Shown: positions 26,988 through 33,321 of the stretch, in pieces
How the letters are laid out: the number at the start of each line of letters is the position of its first letter
Position numbering within the stretch: position 1 is the first letter of the stretch
Virus record (IMG/VR): IMGVR_UViG_3300048574_000100
Coordinates: 1-33,321 of that record
Length of the DNA stretch: 33,321 nucleotides
Reading direction: 5' to 3' (one strand)
DNA from: a virus
Lineage: Duplodnaviria; Caudoviricetes
Notes under the pieces: generated by a model
Databases searched by the model: none
What the model was told of the DNA's origin: nothing
What the model saw: only the letters and a program-made list of their open reading frames with translations
Made by a program: the position numbers and the translations under genes

Positions 26988-28042
26988 GCGCTCAGCTCCA
27001 GTCCAAACTGCCGCGTCCTGTCGTGCTGCAGCTTGATGTACTCGGGATTGAGTTCACAACCGATCCAATGCCTGCCGAGTTGTTGAGCCACTTGGGCAAC
27101 GGTTCCTGAGCCAAGGAACGGATCGAGAACGATGTCGCCCGGGCGGCTGCCGGCAAGGATGCAAGGCTCGACCAGCGCAGGTGGAAACACGGCGAAGTGA
27201 GCGCCCTTATACGGCAGCGTTGCGACCGTCCAGACGCTGCGCTTGTTGCGCTTTTCGGTGTCCCATTCAGACTCGGCACGGTCCTCGCGGTGCGTCCCGA
27301 CGGCCTGACCTAGGATGGGCTCGGCGCGCTTGCTTGAGGCGCGCCTGAAACTGTCGCGCTTGCTGCGCGGACCTCCAACTGCCTTCATCGTGCCGTTTGT
27401 CTTGCCGGGCACGCGGTCACTTCCCGTCTGCGCATCTACGTTCTGCGCCCATCGAGCATGACTCGACTCTGCGGCTGGCTCCTTGATCGCTTCGTGGTCG
27501 AAGTAGTAGCTTGGCCGCTTCGACAGAAGGAATAGGTATTCATGCGCCTTCGTGCAGCGGTCGGTGACGCTCTCGGGAAGGGGGTTCGGCTTCGCCCAGA
27601 TGATGTCCTGGCGGAGATACCAGCCGTCGGCGCGGAGGGCGAAGGCGAGCATCCAGGGGATGCCGATTAGGTCTTTGGCTTTTAGGCCGGCGGACGCGAG
27701 CCAGTCGGGCCGATTCCTCACGTTTGTGATGTGCTCGCCGTGGCCGGTCTGTTTGGCGCTCTTGCTGTAATTCCCGCCGCCCCCGCCCGCGTAGCTATCC
27801 CCGATGTTAAGCCAGAGCGTCCCATCATCGGCCAGCACGTCACGCACGCAACGGAACACCTCGACCATCGCAGCGATGTATTCCTCGGGGGTCTTCTCCA
27901 GGCCGATCTGCCCCTCGTGTCCATAGTCCCGCAGCCCGAAGTATGGCGGCGAGGTCACGCACATCTGCACCCGTCCCGCCATACCTTCGGATAGCATCTG
28001 CCGCATCGACCGCCGACAGTCTCCTAGGTAGCAGTGGTTCAT
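26984..28042 (-). CDS. DNA methyltransferase, N4-cytosine/N6-adenine beta class (orphan)
   Basis: Start ~ATG 28042; VTSPPYFGLRDY catalytic motif, HFAVFP, VLDPFLGSGT SAM motif. Confidence 0.92.
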   Translation of the reverse strand: MNHCYLGDCRRSMRQMLSEGMAGRVQMCVTSPPYFGLRDYGHEGQIGLEKTPEEYIAAMVEVFRCVRDVLADDGTLWLNIGDSYAGGGGGNYSKSAKQTGHGEHITNVRNRPDWLASAGLKAKDLIGIPWMLAFALRADGWYLRQDIIWAKPNPLPESVTDRCTKAHEYLFLLSKRPSYYFDHEAIKEPAAESSHARWAQNVDAQTGSDRVPGKTNGTMKAVGGPRSKRDSFRRASSKRAEPILGQAVGTHREDRAESEWDTEKRNKRSVWTVATLPYKGAHFAVFPPALVEPCILAGSRPGDIVLDPFLGSGTVAQVAQQLGRHWIGCELNPEYIKLQHDRTRQFGLELSA

Positions 28043-28059
28043 GACCACAGAGCCACTGC

Positions 28060-28197
28060 TCACTCTTCGTCCCCGACGTTCCCGCATCCGCAATCCACCG
28101 GGATGGACGAGCACATGGCGATCAGTCCGAGGATGGTGAGAACGAAGCCGAGAGTCAGACCAGCAAATACCAGGAGATGAATTGCGAAATCGCTCAT
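28060..28197 (-). CDS. Small membrane protein (45 aa)
   Basis: MSDFAIHLLVFAGLTLGFVLTILGLIAMC...; GGAGG RBS; ATGA overlap. Confidence 0.5.
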   Translation of the reverse strand: MSDFAIHLLVFAGLTLGFVLTILGLIAMCSSIPVDCGCGNVGDEE

Positions 28198-28580
28198 TTC
28201 CGTTTCCTCCCATTGTTGTTGATGCCGACGCGATCGAGCAGCGCCGGCAGTTCGCCGAGCAGCGACTGGACACGCTCGATGGCCTCGTCGCGCGCCGCGG
28301 ATTGGTCGCCGCAATACTTCGCTACGAGAAAATAGATCGGGGTCTTGTCGCCGGTGGCCGCGATGTAGGCTTCCAGCGTGTCCGTATCGAACTTGCGCTG
28401 GCCGTCGCCGGCGAGCTGGATGGAGAGATTCCCTGGCGCTTCGTCTAGGTCAGCGGCCATGCGCTTCAGGCCGCGCCGATACACGCCGGCGGCGACGACC
28501 TCCTTGACCGACCGATAGCGGTCCGTCAGTCCGGCATCGAGGTCAAGCGTTAACTGGATCTGAGAATCAGCGATATTCAC
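28194..28580 (-). CDS. CII-like transcriptional regulator
   Basis: GLKRMAADLDEAPGNLSIQL HTH; position downstream of cro; TAAGGAG RBS. Confidence 0.65.
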   Translation of the reverse strand: MNIADSQIQLTLDLDAGLTDRYRSVKEVVAAGVYRRGLKRMAADLDEAPGNLSIQLAGDGQRKFDTDTLEAYIAATGDKTPIYFLVAKYCGDQSAARDEAIERVQSLLGELPALLDRVGINNNGRKRK

Positions 28581-28738
28581 TGAGAATTCTCCTTATCAGC
28601 GAGTATCAGCGGTTATCAGTGCCAGGCGCGACGATGGCGCCATGAACACGACGACGAAAACTGCAGAATGGGAGGGCCGCTCCAGCCGCGTAGAATGGTG
28701 TCCGCCTAAAGCCACCATCCACACGAAAGGAGCAGCCC

Positions 28739-28954
28739 ATGAAGGCGAAATGCCCGAAGTGCGAATCACTCATGCCGAGCCTCGTCTGCGCGCCAATCAA
28801 CGCAAGCCTCGGAAGCAGTACGAAGCGGGCGGTTGTTTTCTCGTGCCCCATGTGCGGTACCGCAATCGGCGCACAGATCGATCCGTTTGCGCTCAATACG
28901 GAGCTCATCGCAGCACTCGGGGAGCGGGACGAAACATCCGGCAGGCGTTACTGA
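28739..28954 (+). CDS. Small zinc-ribbon protein (71 aa), antisense between cro and cII
   Basis: CPKC...CPMC; AAAGGAG RBS; TAGAAT at 28691-28696. Confidence 0.7.
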   Translation: MKAKCPKCESLMPSLVCAPINASLGSSTKRAVVFSCPMCGTAIGAQIDPFALNTELIAALGERDETSGRRY

Positions 28955-29045
28955 ATCCGTGTAGTGCCCAGCTAGGCAGCGTACGGAGTAGCGTCCGACC
29001 GTCGTTGCGGACAGGCGGTGCGTGATGAGGTTATCGTCTTCCATC

Positions 29046-29279
29046 TCAGGCCGCCTCCTTCTTCGTGCCGCGGAGGTAGGCCCACTGCTCGGCGAGGTCC
29101 GGACGAAGCTCTTCGCAGGTTACGGCCCCGCCGGTAGCGCGCTCAATGTCGGGGCAGCGCTCGGCGGGGATGGGGCGGATGCCCCGCGCCCATTGATGCA
29201 CAGAGACAGGACGTACACCCAACGCACGGCTCAAGACGCTTTGGTTTCCCCGTTTAGAGACGTATGTGATTAGTTTCAT
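29046..29279 (-). CDS. cro: Cro-like repressor (YdaS/Cro family)
   Basis: QSVLSRALGVRPVSVHQWARG.RPIPAERCPDIERATGGAVTCEELRPD. Confidence 0.88.
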   Translation of the reverse strand: MKLITYVSKRGNQSVLSRALGVRPVSVHQWARGIRPIPAERCPDIERATGGAVTCEELRPDLAEQWAYLRGTKKEAA

Positions 29280-29285
29280 ACGCTC

Positions 29286-29352
29286 AGTTTAGCGTTACGC
29301 AAAACAAAGATCAATAGCGTTACGCAAATTCCCTATTTTAGCGTTTTGCTAT
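29286..29352. promoter_or_regulatory. OR region: three operators and PR
   Basis: TAGCGTTACGCAAA at 29290 and 29315, TAGCGTTTTGCTAT at 29339; - strand TTGATC-17-TAAACT (29314-29286). Confidence 0.85.
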
Positions 29353-29355
29353 TGA

Positions 29356-29778
29356 ATGGCGGCCATGAAAGATATCGACGAAATCAGACGGACCAACATT
29401 CTCATCTTGGAGAAAGAAGCAGGCGGTGCAACGCAGTTGGCTGCTCGGGTAGGTATGGAGCTCGCTCAATACCTCAATTTAAGGGATGGCGCAAAGGACT
29501 CGAAAACAGGGAAACGCCGAGGGATGAAAAAAGAGACGGCGTGGAGATTCGACGACGCAGGCCACAGGCACAGAGGGTGGCTAAACGAAGATCACTCGAA
29601 TGACGCCTTAGAGCATGAAGCAGGTGATATAGCAGAGTTCGTTGATCCGTTGATCTCTGACGTACTTGGGCTCATGAAGAAGATGTCACGTGAGGGAAAA
29701 ATGCGTTTGATAGAGAGGGCTACTGTTCTCGCCGAACAGTACCCCGCTCAAAAGCAAACGCCGAAATCATCTCGATGA
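29356..29778 (+). CDS. CI-like repressor lacking a peptidase S24 domain
   Basis: IDEIRRTNI...GGATQLAARVGMELAQYLNL HTH; divergent from cro; start 29356 or 29365. Confidence 0.75.
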   Translation: MAAMKDIDEIRRTNILILEKEAGGATQLAARVGMELAQYLNLRDGAKDSKTGKRRGMKKETAWRFDDAGHRHRGWLNEDHSNDALEHEAGDIAEFVDPLISDVLGLMKKMSREGKMRLIERATVLAEQYPAQKQTPKSSR

Positions 29779-29858
29779 TGGAATGGCGCATTCGTATCTT
29801 GCAAGCCGAATTGGAGCTCTGGTAGGAAATATTTCACACAAATAATATAGGCCGAACA

Positions 29859-30062
29859 ATGAACGACAAAATATCTCCAGCCGCGTTAGTGTGGGCACTT
29901 TTCTGCATATTATTGTCGGCAGTGATTACGTCTCCCAATGATGTTGCCCGAGGGTTTGGCGCTATTGGCTTTGTGGCTTTTGTTTGGGCTTCTGGTAATG
30001 CTTTAGCCAAAGAAGTTATAAAACGACGGAAATTAAAAAGCCAGGCGAATGATTCGCCATGA
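29859..30062 (+). CDS. Small membrane protein (67 aa, two hydrophobic segments)
   Basis: AT-rich ORF with a basic tail; ATGA overlap with the next gene. Confidence 0.55.
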   Translation: MNDKISPAALVWALFCILLSAVITSPNDVARGFGAIGFVAFVWASGNALAKEVIKRRKLKSQANDSP

Positions 30063-30367
30063 AAATCCACAAAACCGCCATCAGGGTAGGGAATGCGGTC
30101 TTTTCAGCCGACACCATCGAGCATGAAGGCGCGTTCTGGCTAGTGCCAGAATGGATTGAACACCTCGCCGAAGGAACCATCCAGCCAGCGCGAATGATTC
30201 GCGTATCGGCGCCGGATCTTCACCAGGCTGATGGGACGGGATTTGATTTCGCTTTAGGCGATTCAATTCCCATAGATGTCCTCGAAGGGCGAACAACAGA
30301 ACATTACGACGTTCAAGTTCTCCCGGACATACGGATCGATAACCCGGACGCGTCTTCATTGCACTAG
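30059..30367 (+). CDS. Hypothetical protein (102 aa)
   Basis: DTIEHEGAFWLVPEW...PARMIR; co-oriented in the post-repressor island. Confidence 0.65.
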   Translation: MKIHKTAIRVGNAVFSADTIEHEGAFWLVPEWIEHLAEGTIQPARMIRVSAPDLHQADGTGFDFALGDSIPIDVLEGRTTEHYDVQVLPDIRIDNPDASSLH

Positions 30368-30381
30368 GATACCCGCCGGAA

Positions 30382-30660
30382 TTGAACGGGATAAAAATAG
30401 CTCTGCTTGCCGCACTCGTCGTGCTGTCCTCCGTCGTCGGCGCCCGCCAGCAGCGCAGCACCACGGAGCGGCACGCCTTCGTCAAGGAGAACGCCTGCCC
30501 AGCCACCGGCCGGTATCGCCTACCGTGCGCCGGCTATCAGATCGATCACGTCGTGCCGCTCTGTGCGGGCGGCGCGGATCATCGAAGCAACATGCAGTGG
30601 CTGAGCGTCGAGGAACATAGAGCCAAAACAGTGCGGGAGGCAGGATGGTGCAGAAAGTGA
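30382..30660 (+). CDS. HNH endonuclease with N-terminal signal peptide
   Basis: KIALLAALVVLSSVVGA signal-like segment; CPATG...C.GYQIDHVVPLCAGGADHRSNMQWL...H..KT. Confidence 0.8.
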   Translation: MNGIKIALLAALVVLSSVVGARQQRSTTERHAFVKENACPATGRYRLPCAGYQIDHVVPLCAGGADHRSNMQWLSVEEHRAKTVREAGWCRK

Positions 30661-30842
30661 TGAAAGAGATCCGTCTGTGCTGGTCAGTCATCGGCCGGGA
30701 GAACATCGTGGGCGAAGAGATCCAGAACGGGCTGTGGCATCCGGATACGCCGGACGTGCGCCGCGACCTTGAACTGATCCGCGACGCCGGCAACGAAACC
30801 TACGGCCCCGGAACGCACTGGATCGAGGAGCGGGAGGCTTAA
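30657..30842 (+). CDS. Hypothetical protein (~60 aa)
   Basis: KEIRLCWSVIG...GLWHPDT...AGNETYGPGTHWIEER; overlaps the HNH stop. Confidence 0.6.
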   Translation: MMKEIRLCWSVIGRENIVGEEIQNGLWHPDTPDVRRDLELIRDAGNETYGPGTHWIEEREA

Positions 30843-30860
30843 CTTTCTAGGGAGGAAAAA

Positions 30861-31901
30861 ATGGGGAATGCAACACCTGAACAATTGCTGCAATATGCTG
30901 AGCAGAATGATACCGATGTAATATCTTATATCGGACAAATTAGTCGAACAGGATACGACAAGATTTGTGATATCATTCCAGAAAAGAAAAGGCGGAATTG
31001 CTTGCTTATTCTCGCCACGTTTGGAGGAGATCCTCATGCAGGATACAGAATAGCAAGAGCATTGAGCCACAACTACCCGGAGCCAGGTGTTATACGAGTC
31101 CTAGTCCCGACCTACTGCAAGAGCGCTGGTACGTTAATTTGCATTGGGGCAAATGAATTGATCGTCGCCGATCAAGGCGAACTAGGACCGGTAGACGTGC
31201 AAGTGCAGAAACCTGATGAAATTCTTCAGTTGTCCTCCGGGCTCGACATCATCAGAGGACTTGAGTACTTGCAGACAAGCACCCTTGAAACGTTCCGCGA
31301 AATACTGCTCGACATCAGCCAAGGAAGTGGTCTATCCACAACGATATCGTCTGAAATAGCCACCAAGCTGACAACCGGTATGTACGAACCGATTCTCGCG
31401 CAAATTGATCCACTCAAGCTTGGAGAAATGCAGGCAGCACTGACAATAGCGACCGAATACGGTCGCCGTCTGAACGAGCGAACGAAAAACTTGCGGAACA
31501 ACTCACTGGCACATTTGTCTTCCAGATACCCGGCTCATGGATTCGTGATTGACCGAAAAGAAGTAAAGCAACTTTTCGAGCGAGTACGAGCTCCAGACGG
31601 AGACGTTGAAGCAAATCTTTGCCTCATCGCAAGCCGCATCTTCATGAAATGCTATAGTAGCGTCAATGTTGCTAACGTTTTGGTAGAATTTGCCCCGGCC
31701 CAGCCGTCCGAACACCAACAGGATGAACAGGAGAATCCCCATGAAACCGTCGATGGAAGAACTGCTGAATCGGCAGAATCAGAACCCACGGCTCCCGAAA
31801 TCTCAGAGCCCGCTAGCGGTAGCATCGAGGGTAATCGCACAACAGGTCAAAGAGACGAGGCTACCGAAGAAGGATCAGATGGGGGCAATTCTGCGGCTTA
31901 G
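30861..31901 (+). CDS. SDH/S49 family ClpP-like serine protease with acidic disordered tail
   Basis: LILATFGGDPHAGYRIAR, VLVPTYCKSAGTLICIGA (catalytic Ser), GELGPVDVQ, YPAHGFVIDRKE; GGGAGG RBS; low GC. Confidence 0.85.
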   Translation: MGNATPEQLLQYAEQNDTDVISYIGQISRTGYDKICDIIPEKKRRNCLLILATFGGDPHAGYRIARALSHNYPEPGVIRVLVPTYCKSAGTLICIGANELIVADQGELGPVDVQVQKPDEILQLSSGLDIIRGLEYLQTSTLETFREILLDISQGSGLSTTISSEIATKLTTGMYEPILAQIDPLKLGEMQAALTIATEYGRRLNERTKNLRNNSLAHLSSRYPAHGFVIDRKEVKQLFERVRAPDGDVEANLCLIASRIFMKCYSSVNVANVLVEFAPAQPSEHQQDEQENPHETVDGRTAESAESEPTAPEISEPASGSIEGNRTTGQRDEATEEGSDGGNSAA

Positions 31902-31911
31902 CCCACAGTGA
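31741..31911 (+). CDS. Candidate nested out-of-frame peptide (56 aa)
   Basis: AGGAG (31729-31733) 7 nt before ATG 31741; MKPSMEELLNRQNQNPRLPKSQSPLAVASRVIAQQVKETRLPKKDQMGAILRLSPQ. Confidence 0.5.
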   Translation: MKPSMEELLNRQNQNPRLPKSQSPLAVASRVIAQQVKETRLPKKDQMGAILRLSPQ

Positions 31912-31935
31912 CAGGCCTGCTCTAGTACCACAAAC

Positions 31936-31960
31936 AAACCCGCTCCGGCGGGTTTTTTGT
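31936..31960 (+). terminator. Intrinsic terminator ending the immunity/accessory transcript
   Basis: AAACCCGC-TCCG-GCGGGTTTTTTGT. Confidence 0.85.
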
Positions 31961-32000
31961 TGCCCGCTTCCGGCGGGATGGGGGCATCTTACAGGAATAT

Positions 32001-32043
32001 TTTGCGTTTCGCTATTGCATTTTGTTTTGCGTAACGCTAAAGT
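32001..32043 (+). promoter_or_regulatory. OL region: two operators and a PL-like promoter
   Basis: TTTGCGTTTCGCTA (32001) and TTTGCGTAACGCTA (32026, exact reverse complement of the OR sites); TTGCAT-17-TAAAGT (32015-32043). Confidence 0.85.
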
Positions 32044-32049
32044 TACTCC

Positions 32050-32445
32050 AACGCCTCCCAGCAAAACCTGCGAGTCGGGCATCGAACCGAGCAAGACGCC
32101 GCCTCTACACCGTAAGCGGATGAGCGAAGGAGAGAACCACTGGGGGTGAGGCGTGAGTTTCGAGGCTTGGCCGTGCCTGACGCACAAAACGGCTGAGGTC
32201 CTGCGCCGCGCCTCGCATCAAGCGGCAAGCACACCGGAAGCCGCGCCGGAAATCAGCGCCGAAGCCTGACCCACGTCACAGGCCCGAATGGTCGAGGGTA
32301 AGGGCCATGACACGGCGAGAGTGCCGGGAAAAGGAAGGCGGGAAGACTCCGAGTTACCGCGTCAAAACCTAGCCTGACCGACGGAAAGCACGTCCAAGCG
32401 CACAGCGCCGCTCCGTGGAATGCGGGGTTCCTACAACTGACACAG
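32050..32445 (+). ncRNA. Long structured 5' leader / candidate ncRNA of the early operon
   Basis: No convincing ORF; many stems (ACGCCTC/GAGGCGT, CTTGGCCGT/ACGGCTGAG, GCCTG/CAGGC); GCCTGAC x3. Confidence 0.4.
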
Positions 32446-32455
32446 GAGAAGAACC

Positions 32456-32776
32456 ATGCAAGTTTTACGTCAAGGCGATGTGCTGCTCGTCCAGGTCGCC
32501 GAACTGCCGAAGGGCGCCAAGCGCGAAAAGCCGGAGAACGGGCGGGTCATCCTCGCGCATGGCGAGGTTACAGGCCATGCGCACGCCATCGCCGTGAAGC
32601 CGAAGGAGCCCGTCGCGGTGGCCTGGTCGGCGAACTCCGAGCGGTTCCTGCAGGTGGTGGAGAAAACCACGCTGCGCCACGAGGAACATGGGGCGGTCGA
32701 TCTGGATGCGGGGATCTATCACATCGCTATTCAAGTTGAATACACGCCGGCTGAACTCCGCCGCGTCCAGGACTGA
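32456..32776 (+). CDS. Conserved His-rich hypothetical protein (106 aa), partner of the DUF6745-like gene
   Basis: RQGDVLL, LAHGEVTGHAH, LRHEEH, QVEYTP..LRRVQD motifs; AGGAG RBS. Confidence 0.85.
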   Translation: MQVLRQGDVLLVQVAELPKGAKREKPENGRVILAHGEVTGHAHAIAVKPKEPVAVAWSANSERFLQVVEKTTLRHEEHGAVDLDAGIYHIAIQVEYTPAELRRVQD

Positions 32777-32788
32777 GCGGAGGAAGCC

Positions 32789-33321
32789 ATGGTGAAACGT
32801 ATTGATTCTCTGACCGAAGAACAGCGGTCAAAAATGGATGCTCATGCCGACAAGTGGATTGAAGTCGGCCTGCGTACAGGCGCCGCTGATCGCCCGAAGT
32901 TCGAAGCCGCGGTAGAGCGTTGCTACCGAGCCGCTGGGCTGCCGTGGCACGGGAATGTTGTGTGGGTTCCATCGCCCATCGTCATGGCGATAGCTGCTCC
33001 GGTCGCCGCGCTACTGATCCAGATGCATCGTAATAAAGACATCTGCGGCGCGGTGCGCGGCGCGGTGGACGACGCGGTGGGCGTCGCGGTGGGCGTCGCG
33101 GTGGGCGACGCGGTGGACGGCGCGGTGGACGCCGCGGTGGACGGCGCGGTGCGCGGCGCGGTGGACGACGCGGTGGGCGTCGCGGTGCGCGGCGCGGTGG
33201 GCGTCGCGGTGGACGACGCGGTGGGCGTCGCGGTGGGCGTCGCGGTGGGCGACGCGGTGGACGGCGCGGTGGACGCCGCGGTGGACGGCGCGGTGCGCGG
33301 CGCGGTGGACGACGCGGTGGG
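32789..33321 (+). CDS. DUF6745-like protein, 5' part, with AVxx tetrapeptide repeats (runs off the window; not in ORF track)
   Basis: GGAGG RBS; MVKRIDSLTEEQRSKMDAHADKWIEVGLRTGAADRPKFEAAVERCYRAAGL...VVWVPSP then (AVxx)n. Confidence 0.78.
   Translation, partial: MVKRIDSLTEEQRSKMDAHADKWIEVGLRTGAADRPKFEAAVERCYRAAGLPWHGNVVWVPSPIVMAIAAPVAALLIQMHRNKDICGAVRGAVDDAVGVAVGVAVGDAVDGAVDAAVDGAVRGAVDDAVGVAVRGAVGVAVDDAVGVAVGVAVGDAVDGAVDAAVDGAVRGAVDDAV
33050..33321. repeat. 12-bp minisatellite GCGGTG-N6, 23 units, with a 144-bp higher-order duplication
   Basis: GCGGTG every 12 bp from 33050 to 33314; 33061-33177 is identical to 33205-33321. Confidence 0.95.

Larger units (their letters stand above)
412..33321. 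mobile_element. Temperate prophage (podovirus-like virion genes, lambdoid immunity/replication region); right end and integrase lie beyond the window
   Basis: Contiguous lysis, tail, head, terminase, replication and cro/cI modules. The left boundary is inferred from the codon-usage break in the acnB tail. Confidence 0.93.

Noticed and set aside
26984-28042. Restriction-modification system with the VRR-NUC gene
   Set aside because: Orphan methylases and VRR-NUC resolvase-like genes are routine in phage replication modules; nothing here indicates a cognate restriction pair
992-28314. Extended N-termini in the ORF track (e.g. starts 1741, 2470, 8619, 11990, 18309, 19687, 25875, 28273)
   Set aside because: They overlap upstream genes; downstream starts with RBS or stop-start coupling fit better
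29775-29825. 16-aa ORF MMEWRIRILQAELELW overlapping the repressor stop
   Set aside because: Too short, with no clear RBS or canonical slippery site; cannot be supported
33050-33321. CRISPR array
   Set aside because: 12-bp period with 6-bp variable parts, in frame within a CDS; no cas genes

Overview
High-GC proteobacterial chromosome segment. Bases 1-465 are the 3' end of the host aconitate hydratase B gene (acnB). The rest (~412-33321, right end outside the window) is a temperate podovirus-like prophage with lambdoid organisation. On the - strand, read right to left, come cro, cII-like, DNA methylase, VRR-NUC, replication initiator with iterons, DnaB-like helicase, NinB, terminase, portal, an inserted fibre/decoration cassette, scaffold, major capsid, adaptor, tail hub, two GNAT-like genes, ejection proteins, tail fibre and chaperone, GH108 endolysin and 3TM holin. 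On the + strand come a short CI-like repressor, an accessory island (exported HNH, SDH/ClpP-like protease with a nested ORF), a PL-like promoter, a ~410-nt structured leader and a DUF6745-like repeat gene pair. The most notable unannotated signals are: (1) a complete promoter-RNA-terminator unit for a tRNA-like small RNA running antisense inside the virion operon (9785-9940); (2) an apparently phage-supplied acnB 3' end, suggesting integration into acnB; (3) a 16-bp motif repeated three times, a candidate late promoter; (4) OR/OL operators with a leaderless cro; (5) a protease with a nested out-of-frame peptide. Family assignments come from motif recognition and gene order, not database searches.
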